A DNA stretch of 64,000 bases from Candidatus Latescibacterota bacterium. Its GTDB lineage: Bacteria > Latescibacterota > UBA2968. Below are positions 20,394 through 30,205 of the stretch, piece by piece. Under the pieces are notes generated by a model. The model saw only the letters and a list, made by a program, of their open reading frames with translations. It was not told the origin of the DNA and did no database searches. A program made the translations under genes and the position numbers. The stretch spans positions 3,904,001 through 3,968,000 of the forward strand of contig OZ241986.1 in NCBI GenBank assembly GCA_965204375.1, in the 5' to 3' direction. The first letter of the stretch is position 1, and each line of letters starts with the position of its first letter.

Positions 20394-20413
20394 CTTTGTA
20401 TGTCGAAGCAGAA
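20371..20413 (+). repeat. Repeated element A, degenerate partial copy 4
   Basis: GTGGTTTGCAGGACCGTTTCCATCTTTGTATGTCGAAGCAGAA matches the first half of A. Confidence 0.55.
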
Positions 20414-20503
20414 ATCCAAATTTTTCAGCTTACCTTCATAAAGCGTATCACAGGTCGGTTTAATCGTTTCAGTATTTTCCGCCGTCTTTATCGAGCGGTC
20501 AGA

Positions 20504-20662
20504 TCAGGATATAAAGTACAGGGCTACAAGGATGAGAAATACGATCACAAGAAACTTGCCTACCTTGCCCACAAATTTTAAAACCAAAAGAGCCAACACC
20601 ACGATCACAATAACCGAGACAATTGAATTTGTGCTTTCCGACACGCCTGGTATTTCCAGCAT
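20504..20662 (-). CDS. Small 52-aa two-TM membrane protein (below ORF-track cutoff)
   Basis: ATG preceded by AGGAG. Translation MLEIPGVSESTNSIVSVIVIVVLALLVLKFVGKVGKFLVIVFLILVALYFIS. Confidence 0.55.
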   Translation of the reverse strand: MLEIPGVSESTNSIVSVIVIVVLALLVLKFVGKVGKFLVIVFLILVALYFIS

Positions 20663-20989
20663 CCGTAACTCCTATCCTATTGAAAAATTATTTAGATACA
20701 ACAAACCTGCCAGCGGCAGGTGTGAGACTGAATGTTGTTTCGATGTTTTGGTTCACAGGTATGAAATCCTTTCTGGCAGGTCCTCATTTGACTCGATTTA
20801 GCCAATCCAACTGTGCGCTCGTACCTCGCATCTAATTTAAGGGACCGGTACCAAATACATAACTCTTGATAGAAGGGATATCAATTGCGATGACAAACAA
20901 TTCGCAGGCCATTGATGCGAAGACCTCCTTTGTCTATTAAAGATAAGAGTATGATAATGTGTGGGTAATCCATTATCTTTCTATCTTTT

Positions 20990-21271
20990 TTATGGATTAT
21001 TGTTCACGAAATCATGTTTACCATAGTGCCGAAGTCTCAATCCACCGTTATTAATTGAGCAACTGACACGGATGGAATTAGTGATGCGGAATGTGTAGAA
21101 GTCGGAGTTTCGATGGCTTTCAAAATTCAGTCCAGAGACTTTCGTATTAAGCTGTGTTGTGTCGCCATTGGTATCTTTGAGCACATCGGCGCACAAACTC
21201 TCGGCCTGATCAAATTCCTCTGCCTCAATATGTTGCCCCGCCTGGCGCAACCTGTCCTGCACGGTCATCAA
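20990..21271 (-). pseudogene. Chimeric ORF: CAPP N-terminus fused to a RelE-like C-terminus
   Basis: First ~30 aa match the CAPP N-terminus (QHIExxEFDxAESLCADVL). The rest (LNFE..YTFRIT..IRV..LRHYGKHD) resembles RelE/ParE-fold toxins. Confidence 0.55.
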
Positions 21272-21302
21272 ACATCCTTTCTAAAAATATTCACCACATT
21301 GC

Positions 21303-23114
21303 TTACGGAAAGCGAATTTCAGGCGACATTTTTTTTAATAATTCCTCGCGCAAATTGGGAGATACAAAAGCCTCGTCGAGAGCGTTGCGCTGGAGGCGCA
21401 AAATTTCGAGGTGGGTTAGCCCCGGACAGAGACGGGCGGTAAGGATCAAATTATCGCTGAGGCTTGCATCAGAGATGCCGATATTGTCCGTATTGACGGT
21501 TACGCGCACACCTTCTTTGAGATATTTAGACAACGGATAGGTTTTTTCTGATTCTTTCTTATCATCTAAGGGATAGCCACCGCGGATCTGAAAGTTGGCA
21601 TAAGGACACATTTCAATGCCAATACCGCGATTGACAACCGAGCGCAGGGTTTCTTTGGATTCGAGGAGGTTTAGGGCATGCCCGAGTCTGCGAGCATTGA
21701 GGTCAAATATGGCACGCCAAATGCCTTCGGCATCGTCGTTTTCTCCAGCGTGAACCGTGAGGGCCAGGCCGCAACGGTGAATGGCCGTGAACTCTTCGCG
21801 AAAATAGTGCGCCCGGGTTGTCTCATCTTCGTATCCAGCCAAATCAACACCCACCACGCGACACGAGTTTTCATCAGTCCAGTGTTCGGTTGCAGTAATA
21901 GCGAGCGATAGGTGTCGGGAGATTCCAGCCCGATAATCGCCACCGGATTGTCGCGTTCCAATGATAATCAAGTTGATGTGGCATTTCCCATCTTTCATAC
22001 AAGATTGAAATGTCTCGCGGATATCAACAAGCACATCCCATGGGGATCTGCCCAGTTTCTCAGCGACATAGTTGGCGGGTGAACAACGAATCTCAGCGTA
22101 CACGATATTTTGTTCGCATAGATGATCATAGAGCAGTTTGCACTGCTTCTTCAAGCATCCAGGATCGCACAAGATTAGAGAACCGTTGTTGTCGCCAAGG
22201 TGGCGATATTGCTCAAGGCCAATGGGGTCTGGCGGCAGCGGCCACTTTTCTGGAATTGAACGGTTGAGTTTATCGGGAATGTCCCTGTCTGCTTGTGCGC
22301 GGACCTCGTCGAGTTGTTTCCCTCGAGTGGCAAATCCGCCCAGATGGCAATGCAGTTCAATTTTAGGAAGTGCCTTGATCCACATCTCGTCCTTTTTGTG
22401 ATCGAGAGGTGAATTGAGCCAATCGAGACCACGTTTGGGCCAAGTTGCCAATTCAGCAAACGGAAAGCTCGGCAGTTCTTCCCACGAACTGGCGATGCGA
22501 TGCGAGCGTTCGATGATTTCCTTGTGCCATTCTCGAAATTTCTGATCTGGAGCGGATAGCCATTTCACATCATTACAGATCTTGTTCTCTATTAGCGGGT
22601 AATCACAGTACGACGCTTGGTGAAATTGCGGCCACCCTTGTTCGGCCCCCAGACGAATCCACCTGAGAAGCTCATCCTCTTTTGCCTTTATAATCTCCTT
22701 GATCGTGGAAGGTGGTGCATCGGCTGCGAGGACATGGAACACTTCTGCTGCGCCGAGAATTTCTGCTGCTTTTTGCATGGCTGAGGACATAGTTTTGAAT
22801 CCACCAGTTAAGCAAATATAGCGTTCTTCGGGCCTGGTACCTGATGATAAGAGCCAGCGGTATAGCACTTCCTCAAAACGGAAGTGGTCCTGCTCGGTCT
22901 CAAAATCTGTAAAGCACTTGACGCGGCTAATATTCAAACATGTGGGCTTGTCCCTAAAGAATTTCTGTATTAAATCTACCTTCGGCGACTCGGTAGTAAG
23001 TACGTGAACGGCCTTAAAAGTTACATCTGGAAAGAGAAAAGCCTCGGGCACGATGGCCGGTGAAGTTCCCAACGAGACAAAAAGATGTAGTTTTGGATCA
23101 TGTGAATGTGACAT
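21303..23114 (-). CDS. cad1: CARF-adenosine deaminase effector (Cad1/CAAD-like)
   Basis: N-terminal CARF (VSLGTSPAIVPE..LTGGFKTMS). Deaminase motifs ELHCHLGG, YAEIRCSP, GVDLAG, VHAGE, RLGHAL, VNTDN. Confidence 0.85.
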   Translation of the reverse strand: MSHSHDPKLHLFVSLGTSPAIVPEAFLFPDVTFKAVHVLTTESPKVDLIQKFFRDKPTCLNISRVKCFTDFETEQDHFRFEEVLYRWLLSSGTRPEERYICLTGGFKTMSSAMQKAAEILGAAEVFHVLAADAPPSTIKEIIKAKEDELLRWIRLGAEQGWPQFHQASYCDYPLIENKICNDVKWLSAPDQKFREWHKEIIERSHRIASSWEELPSFPFAELATWPKRGLDWLNSPLDHKKDEMWIKALPKIELHCHLGGFATRGKQLDEVRAQADRDIPDKLNRSIPEKWPLPPDPIGLEQYRHLGDNNGSLILCDPGCLKKQCKLLYDHLCEQNIVYAEIRCSPANYVAEKLGRSPWDVLVDIRETFQSCMKDGKCHINLIIIGTRQSGGDYRAGISRHLSLAITATEHWTDENSCRVVGVDLAGYEDETTRAHYFREEFTAIHRCGLALTVHAGENDDAEGIWRAIFDLNARRLGHALNLLESKETLRSVVNRGIGIEMCPYANFQIRGGYPLDDKKESEKTYPLSKYLKEGVRVTVNTDNIGISDASLSDNLILTARLCPGLTHLEILRLQRNALDEAFVSPNLREELLKKMSPEIRFP

Positions 23115-23259
23115 TGTTTCCTCTTGATTTTATAGCGATGAGAATATGGTGATAATGTGTAGGTAATCCAGTGTCTTTCTATCCTTTTTATGGATTTTCG
23201 TATAAGACCTTTTTATGACCATAGCGTCGAAGGGGCAATGAATCTCCGGTTATTATGGA

Positions 23260-25665
23260 TTACGATGTTGATTGCTTTACGACATTCGCCGCCTGGAGGC
23301 CCTTAGGTCCCTGGGTGATGTTAAATTCGACCAGGTCACCTTCGGACAAAGACTTAAAGCCTTCTGCTTGAATTGCAGAGAAATGGACGAAAACATCTTC
23401 GCCCCCTTCTTGCTCGATAAAGCCGTAGCCCTTGCCGTCGTTGAACCACTTAACTCTTCCCTGATAAGAGCCACTGGAGGCTTGGTGACCGCCATCACCG
23501 GAAGACTGAGAAGAAGAATATAAAAATCCTTCTTTTCCGGGTTTTGGTAAGGGCTTCGTATTTTTGAACCACTTGAAGTTTTCGCCTTTTGGATCTGGTT
23601 CTGGATTTTCTCGGGGATAGTGAACAGGTGCTTTATCAGAAGGACCAGATGCGATAGCGAGGAATGATTTGATCACATCGTGATCTTCGAGACTGTTGTT
23701 GCCTATGCAAAGTGCCTGCCTGAATAACTCGATAAATTCCTCTTTGGCCTTCGCCACATCGGTAATCGCTGAATTTCCACTCGCTGGGATGAGATTTTCA
23801 TACTCATTTTGCAGAGCGGCGTGATTCCGGATATCTACCCCGACTAATTTTGTAGTCACCGAACCAAATCCCAACGGCTTGCCTGCGCCAACTTTTAGAT
23901 GATATTTCTTATCAAGTGAGCAAAGCCACAGAAGCGCGCCGAGTTCTGCTTTATTCAGGTTGTCGAAACGAATTTCCACCTTGAATTTGGTCTTTGGCTT
24001 CACCCAGGCGCGTATCGAAACATTTTGATTATCTCGCTGCTGGACACCATGTCCCTTCCATCGAACATACTCCCGGTACGCGCCATTCGTCTTTTGAGGG
24101 CCACGGGAGTTTTGGGCATCCTCCTTCGCTTTATCTGCGTTCCAATATCCATCTGGAACACCGTGATGATGCAGATAAAATTTCCGTCCTGACAGTTTCG
24201 TTGCGCTATCATAAGTAGAGGCACCGGACGCATAAAACAGTGCTTGCTGTGGTTTGGGTGAGGACAAGATTGATAGAGGTAGGCTGTACTGCGAGTTAGA
24301 TTTACCAAATCGATGAATGGCGTCTTCAGCCTCGGTTAAGCATTGCACTTTGCGAATTCTGAGATGGCCTTTGTAAGCATTGGTTGAACCGGTATCCCCC
24401 TGGTGTACCCAGCCGAAAACCCGATCCGCGGGTGAAAATTCGGCTTCGCTATCCGCTGGTAAAAATTCTTCATTCTTCAACAAGTCCAAATATGGAGCTT
24501 TCTTTGCGAGTTCTCTCGATATCATAACGGGATAGAGACCGATGATATTGCCTTTCTGGTCAACGCGGGCATAACAGAGATCGCCTGGTTTCAATTTCGC
24601 AGCAGACTTCGTATAAATCTGGCGCGACCAGGCGGTTTTGCCCGGTTCTCCACCGAGATAAGCGTCCGGTTTCTGGGAGTTTTGCTTTCGAGTATGGAGA
24701 TCGTCCTCGTGAATGTCTTGATAGTCGCGGACAAGCTGGTTCCATTCAGTCAGCCATTTTTTATCAATAGATTCTGTAGGCACCTTGTTGAATGAGAAAA
24801 ATACCCGCTCGTCGTGTTTTTTCTTAATGTTCTGATTTGTGCGGCAGACGAATCCGCCTTTGATCAACCTGTACTCTTCGGTTTTGTGGTGCCTATTTCC
24901 ACCATACCAATGGTCATTTTTCTGTGCCTCCTTGACGCTCGAGGGATAGTTTGAATGAGTACAACCCGCGCGGCGGATATGAGTAACTCGCCAATAAGAA
25001 AAATTAGGGTTCTTGTGATTAACCAAATTGAGCCAGCAATGGACCTCATCGCTGTGTTCCGGAATCCCTCCATCCGGATATTTGACGGCGTGAGTACCTA
25101 TGATAGGCCCTTTGGTACTGGTCTTGCTACTACTCCCTTCATACATAGGCAACCACGCCGCGTACATTACACTTTTTGGAACCTGCCAACGACAGGTTTT
25201 TAAGTCCCAGGAGGGATTCTTGCTATGTTCCCCACGATACAACTCCAGTTCCTTACCGCATGTCGAAATTCTCGCTGGCACCATAGACAAGCCATCACGC
25301 GCTTCCATTCGCCGTGCCAATGGCGTCTTATAGCGTTCATCGAGAACACCTAAACGCGAACAGGTGATGGCTTCGTATGCCGCACGCAACGCCCCTTTGA
25401 GCGAGGTCGGGCGCAGAATTGGTTTGCCGCAATGCGTCGTTAGAAGGTCAAGAGTTTTATGACCGTTCCGAAGAAGAGTTAGATTTGCGGGATCAGAGAG
25501 CAGAAGCGGTGATACGGCCTTCAGCTCGATCTCAATAGACCCCTCGAAAAAGCCCTTTTTGTACGCACTGTGACCCGGGGGTTTCCCCTGGGCAAGGCCA
25601 TCGGTTCCGACATTCCCAAAGGGTACAAAATTATACGGATTGTGAAATCTCTTATTGGACATCAC
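23260..25665 (-). CDS. cas7: Type III-D Cas7-insertion RAMP (TIGR03986-like) with C-terminal cold-shock domain
   Basis: [36 protein letters not shown], ending in [34 protein letters not shown]. Confidence 0.85.
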   Translation of the reverse strand: MMSNKRFHNPYNFVPFGNVGTDGLAQGKPPGHSAYKKGFFEGSIEIELKAVSPLLLSDPANLTLLRNGHKTLDLLTTHCGKPILRPTSLKGALRAAYEAITCSRLGVLDERYKTPLARRMEARDGLSMVPARISTCGKELELYRGEHSKNPSWDLKTCRWQVPKSVMYAAWLPMYEGSSSKTSTKGPIIGTHAVKYPDGGIPEHSDEVHCWLNLVNHKNPNFSYWRVTHIRRAGCTHSNYPSSVKEAQKNDHWYGGNRHHKTEEYRLIKGGFVCRTNQNIKKKHDERVFFSFNKVPTESIDKKWLTEWNQLVRDYQDIHEDDLHTRKQNSQKPDAYLGGEPGKTAWSRQIYTKSAAKLKPGDLCYARVDQKGNIIGLYPVMISRELAKKAPYLDLLKNEEFLPADSEAEFSPADRVFGWVHQGDTGSTNAYKGHLRIRKVQCLTEAEDAIHRFGKSNSQYSLPLSILSSPKPQQALFYASGASTYDSATKLSGRKFYLHHHGVPDGYWNADKAKEDAQNSRGPQKTNGAYREYVRWKGHGVQQRDNQNVSIRAWVKPKTKFKVEIRFDNLNKAELGALLWLCSLDKKYHLKVGAGKPLGFGSVTTKLVGVDIRNHAALQNEYENLIPASGNSAITDVAKAKEEFIELFRQALCIGNNSLEDHDVIKSFLAIASGPSDKAPVHYPRENPEPDPKGENFKWFKNTKPLPKPGKEGFLYSSSQSSGDGGHQASSGSYQGRVKWFNDGKGYGFIEQEGGEDVFVHFSAIQAEGFKSLSEGDLVEFNITQGPKGLQAANVVKQSTS

Positions 25666-25686
25666 CGGTCTCCCATTATGTTACTC

Positions 25687-26223
25687 TCAGGCATCGACCA
25701 GAGCAATGAGGCGTTGGTCAAATACACATACGTTTCCATGTTCAAATCGCGCCAGATACTCGCGCACTTTGAGCTTTATGCGCGAGGTGTTGTTCTCAAC
25801 AGGCACCTGAATCGGTCCCGTGCGCCCATGGGTGAGTGTCGTCCAACCAGACCTCTGACTGTTGTTCTCGCGCTCTCCCCACAGGAGGTAACTGCGGTTG
25901 AGTGTGCCTTCCAGTTTAATTTCAGAAGGCTCAGACCAACCACATGCAGAAATCTGCTTTTCGCTCAACAAGGTGGCAACACCATTGGTTCCTTCCCGAT
26001 TCCACCGCAATTCCCAGTCATTGCAGAACGCACGGACTTCAAATGCTTGATCAATTTTCCCGCCTTCAAATTGACCACCTCGCCAGACACAGAGTTCGCA
26101 GGCAGTCGGGGTCATTATCAAACCAGAAACACCACCTGAATCGTCAGTTGGGAGCGTAAGCACCATATCATTGATCTCTTCAGCGGTGCAACATTTTGTC
26201 GTAACGTAGAGGGTGTTGTTCAC
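25687..26223 (-). CDS. csx19: Csx19
   Basis: FEVRAF..ELRW, YLLWGE, LKVREY..DQRL; position between the two Cas7 genes. Confidence 0.8.
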   Translation of the reverse strand: MNNTLYVTTKCCTAEEINDMVLTLPTDDSGGVSGLIMTPTACELCVWRGGQFEGGKIDQAFEVRAFCNDWELRWNREGTNGVATLLSEKQISACGWSEPSEIKLEGTLNRSYLLWGERENNSQRSGWTTLTHGRTGPIQVPVENNTSRIKLKVREYLARFEHGNVCVFDQRLIALVDA

Positions 26224-27863
26224 GATATCGCCTCCGATTTATTTGCTTCTATATATGTGCTCCACGCTTCCTGAAGATGTCGAAAAGCCTCCATTTTGTC
26301 TTTCTTGTCAAAATCGCCCGCGGTCAAGCTACATGGCATCTCCACGCATTCCCATGTCTTCAAGCCGTCAAAAGTTGCCTTCGTCAGATCTAAATCGCCC
26401 AGACCCCGGTTGACACCGTAACCAAGTGGAATCCGACCACGCGCAAAGTCGCGAAGTGTCAACAAGAACAGGGCAAATGCGGCACGCCGAAATAAAACCA
26501 ATTCCTGCTTCCCTTTTGGAGCACAGCCATTGGGGATGTCCCAATAGGTGCGGGGCGGTGCGATCCGCTCAAAATCAATGGTGACAGCGAGATCAATCGC
26601 GTCTAATTCTGGCTCCAGCCTGCTGAATAAAAATTTGTTGGCAGCACCACCTGTCCAACGATCAATGGCGACATGTGCTACGGGTCTAAAGTCCTTCCAC
26701 TTTGTGTTCTTGGCCTCTGTGCGAAAATGTGCGAGCCGCTCTATCGAGCTACTGGCATCCAACGTCAGCAACCGTTGCCAATCACATAGAGACAAGGGGC
26801 GATCCATGCGGTAGTCGTCGAATGATACTGCGCCTTGTCCCGGTTCGCGGTAGTCTGGATCATCTAGGTCTGATTTGAGAGCCTTATCCTCCTTCGAGTT
26901 TTCATCTTTTGTTTTTGCCGTCCCGTACAGGGCATTCACAAGCTCCAGTTTATTCTCATCAGCGTCTTCACAGCCCAGCACCGTGCGTAATATCCGAGCC
27001 GATTGTGCGCGGAACGCGCCCTTGATTCCGGTTCCAGAAAGAAACGGCTTGCGCTTGTCGCCCTCAACTGCCACTGCAGGAAGCATATCTACCGCCGTAC
27101 CCTCGGCTTCGTGGCGTTGCATTACTGGGGCTACGGACTGGCATTTGAGAAATAATTTCAACTGCTGACGAGAAGGACGGATAGCCTTGATATTTTTGAA
27201 GAACTCACAAATTCCTTTGGAGCCAGCGTCTTTGACGAGCGTATCGAGGATACCACTACCCAGATCCCGGCTGGAAATTTTCTCATTCTTCAAAATCAGC
27301 TTACCCCGTCCGCGAGATTTGTCTGCACCAAAGCGAATTTCGCCCTCACAAAGGTCCTCCAACATACCGCGCAGTACGCTCTGGATTTTTTCCCAGGTAC
27401 AGTCGTCCATCGCCTTTGCCGGTCCGTATTCTTTCGCGGGCCGCTGCAATTCCAGACACAGCCGGAATCGCGCCTCAACCGGAGCCAACTCCCGGTCGAA
27501 TTTCTTATTCAATGCCGCAGTGCCCGATCTATGGTCAATGGCTACATGCTGTGCCAGATCAAGATCGATAGCTTTGATCAGCGGGGCATCGTGAACAAAC
27601 AAAATCGAAGCCCAACCACCCTTCTCACCGCCCTGTCCTTCGACTCGCCCCCACACTTCATCTTCTAATTCTGGACACGCGGAACGCCACCAGTCACGCA
27701 ACGGGCCAGCAATAGCTGAGCCGGGGAAGTACACTTCGCCCTTTCCATTGACCGCCAGCGGCAAGTCCGTAAAAACACTATCTCTGAGGCCACCGGAATG
27801 CACAGGTGTTTTCGCAACAAGTTTCCCTGTTATACAAATAACTGAGTGAAGATTTCGCCCCAT
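26220..27863 (-). CDS. cas7: Cas7-Cas7 tandem RAMP (Csm3-like); probable start MGRNLHS at 27863
   Basis: Two RAMP units: PGSAIAGPLR/HVAIDHRSG/FGADKSRGRG and GTGIKGAFR/HVAIDRWTGG/LGYGVNRGLG. Confidence 0.85.
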   Translation of the reverse strand: MGRNLHSVICITGKLVAKTPVHSGGLRDSVFTDLPLAVNGKGEVYFPGSAIAGPLRDWWRSACPELEDEVWGRVEGQGGEKGGWASILFVHDAPLIKAIDLDLAQHVAIDHRSGTAALNKKFDRELAPVEARFRLCLELQRPAKEYGPAKAMDDCTWEKIQSVLRGMLEDLCEGEIRFGADKSRGRGKLILKNEKISSRDLGSGILDTLVKDAGSKGICEFFKNIKAIRPSRQQLKLFLKCQSVAPVMQRHEAEGTAVDMLPAVAVEGDKRKPFLSGTGIKGAFRAQSARILRTVLGCEDADENKLELVNALYGTAKTKDENSKEDKALKSDLDDPDYREPGQGAVSFDDYRMDRPLSLCDWQRLLTLDASSSIERLAHFRTEAKNTKWKDFRPVAHVAIDRWTGGAANKFLFSRLEPELDAIDLAVTIDFERIAPPRTYWDIPNGCAPKGKQELVLFRRAAFALFLLTLRDFARGRIPLGYGVNRGLGDLDLTKATFDGLKTWECVEMPCSLTAGDFDKKDKMEAFRHLQEAWSTYIEANKSEAIS

Positions 27864-30205
27864 TAATTGTTCTCCTCTTTGGTCTCTTTGAGATCCTTCT
27901 CCGCATCGCGCCGGTGCGCGTGTAGTGCGGCATTCATGATCGCAGCGATGGCGTAAAGTTTTAGTGTGTCGTCTTTTTTTATGTCGTCGAGCGAACGGGT
28001 CAGTGCTGAAGGTGCATCGCTGAATTTGTCTGTTTTGGAGCCGAAACAAGAGAATGGATCATCGAGAATTTTTTCAACCTTCTCAGCTGCGTTTTCCCAC
28101 CCTTCCGGTTTGCTCCCAAGCCAATCGCGAACGGTTTTGATATCCTTTTTTGTGCGCGGGCCGTTCAGCAACGCACGCATCTTGCCCAGTTGGGACGCTG
28201 TCGGCTCCGCGGATGTCCATCCCAGAATACTCTCGCGGTCTTGATCGGTTGCTGTAACTTCCTCAGCACGGGCGCGGATATAGGTTTTCCACGCTTCAGT
28301 CTCAATAGCGCGAGCGAAATCGAGAACTTCCTCGTTCAATTTGACAGGATCGTCTATGCGACTAACTTCTTTTTCTTTTTTCTCACTGACGAATTTCAAG
28401 GAAAAGGAACTGTTACCTGTTACTTCGGATGCATTCACGCGAATTTGCCCGAACCCTTCGGCGATGCGCTCGCCCGCACCAAAGCGTTCCAACGATTGTA
28501 GCTCCTTGGAAGTAAATTTTTTACCGTCGGTTCGTTCAATGAACACCACAGAACCCGCGCGAACCAGAGTCAGCGAAGGACGCGGCAACCCCCATTGACG
28601 ATGCCAGCTATCGTGGCGACGGGTACGCATCCAACTGTGCGTGACCTTCACTCCACAACCTATCGTTTTTTGCAAAGCCGAGGCAATCTGGTCCTGCAGG
28701 CTCAGCAGTTTACCAGAGCCGAGAGGCAGTGAGAGACAAAAATCTGAGATCAACCACAACACGGCCTTTTTGCAGGCTACCTGTTGAGCATTAACCGACA
28801 TTACCTCACCTGCATTGAGCCACACATCGCCATAGCCGCGGCCCGTCACAGCTCCGATGCGTGCTCTACCGGCTACTTTTTCCCGGAATTTGCAGACCTT
28901 ATCGTCTCCGAGACCCTTCGGTAGCCGCACGACGCTCGCCAGTTTTTCGCCAGCACAAAGAGCCTCATAGGTGTAAACACCGCCGACATCCTCATTTGGC
29001 TTCTGCTTGACGTCATCCACCGTATTGTGGGTACGCACCACATGACTAACGCTACGGATCATGCCGTTAGCGACCACTTCTCCACCCCTGGGGTGCTGCA
29101 TTTGGGTCGCGTCATTATTCTCAGCCTTTAGTGGAGCATTCTTTACGCAACGTGTGCCTTGCGTCGCTTCCTCCTTCTTCCAATGCCACCGCATGGGCAT
29201 CGGCAACCCCCGTTCCTCTCCAATCACGGCGTAGGCAGGTGCCACAGACACATCACCTGAAGTGATCCATTGGGTCACTTGCTTCGCATCGACACCAGCG
29301 TCGCGAAGCGCACGGTGAACAATCGGCAGAACCATCGTCCCCGGAATGTGGTCGAGACAGGTGGTCACGTTGCCAAGCCGCTGGTCCATGATGAGTAATG
29401 GCGAGCGGACTTCGATGAATAGTGGAATGTCAACGAAGTCACCCTTACAGCGGTTGCTAAAGGAAACCTGATCCGTTGATTGGTGGGTCAATGACGACAC
29501 TGTTGGAGCCGATTTGCACGTCCGGCAAGAGAGAAACTTCAGTGCTTCCTCACTGGAACAGATTTCGGTTCCCTCAACATCGGAAACCTGCACCTCGCAA
29601 CACCCCAAACCACGTCGTCGTCCGCCGCCAATTCGCTCCAGAAGGCGCAGTGACGCGAAGGCGAAGACAACAAAGGTGTCAATATCGGTCGAATCTATAT
29701 CCGTCTTGTCAATGGTGGCCTGGGTAGTCAGGATTGCACCGGACCGAGATACTTCCTGGAAGCGAAGCATGTCAGACATTGCTGTACCGCTACGAGGATC
29801 AATACGCACACCGGGTTTGACAAAGGTCAATGCCTCGCGCAAAGACATGCGGGCTGGCCCGACAAATGCTTCGCGCAGTTTCCCGGGAAATCGAAGATCG
29901 CCCAACGATAAACGAGATGGGATCGGCTCCTGTCGGCTATTTTCGATGGCAGGCTGACTGCCGAACAAAGCGGTGACGAGGTGATCCCACTTACCGTTCT
30001 TACCTGCGGCCTGGTTGAGGCCATAGGCAAGTTGCTCGGCTGCATCGCGCCACATTGCAGCGACAGTAGAAGAGGGTGCATAAGGTAGATCATCCGGGTC
30101 GCGCAGGACAAGGCTATCTACAGATCCTTGACGCCCAACGCCGGAGCCGATATGCCAATCGCTGGTCATGGTCAGCGTGATGTTGAATGTGATTTTGTGG
30201 TTCAC
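27863..30205 (-). CDS. csx10: Cas7-Cas5-Cas11 fusion (Csx10-like)
   Basis: SDWHIGSG..IGGGRRRGLG (Cas7), DHIPGT..IGAVTGRGYG..GERIAEGFG (Cas5), helical C-terminus with SQLGKMR (Cas11-like). Confidence 0.8.
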   Translation of the reverse strand: MNHKITFNITLTMTSDWHIGSGVGRQGSVDSLVLRDPDDLPYAPSSTVAAMWRDAAEQLAYGLNQAAGKNGKWDHLVTALFGSQPAIENSRQEPIPSRLSLGDLRFPGKLREAFVGPARMSLREALTFVKPGVRIDPRSGTAMSDMLRFQEVSRSGAILTTQATIDKTDIDSTDIDTFVVFAFASLRLLERIGGGRRRGLGCCEVQVSDVEGTEICSSEEALKFLSCRTCKSAPTVSSLTHQSTDQVSFSNRCKGDFVDIPLFIEVRSPLLIMDQRLGNVTTCLDHIPGTMVLPIVHRALRDAGVDAKQVTQWITSGDVSVAPAYAVIGEERGLPMPMRWHWKKEEATQGTRCVKNAPLKAENNDATQMQHPRGGEVVANGMIRSVSHVVRTHNTVDDVKQKPNEDVGGVYTYEALCAGEKLASVVRLPKGLGDDKVCKFREKVAGRARIGAVTGRGYGDVWLNAGEVMSVNAQQVACKKAVLWLISDFCLSLPLGSGKLLSLQDQIASALQKTIGCGVKVTHSWMRTRRHDSWHRQWGLPRPSLTLVRAGSVVFIERTDGKKFTSKELQSLERFGAGERIAEGFGQIRVNASEVTGNSSFSLKFVSEKKEKEVSRIDDPVKLNEEVLDFARAIETEAWKTYIRARAEEVTATDQDRESILGWTSAEPTASQLGKMRALLNGPRTKKDIKTVRDWLGSKPEGWENAAEKVEKILDDPFSCFGSKTDKFSDAPSALTRSLDDIKKDDTLKLYAIAAIMNAALHAHRRDAEKDLKETKEENN

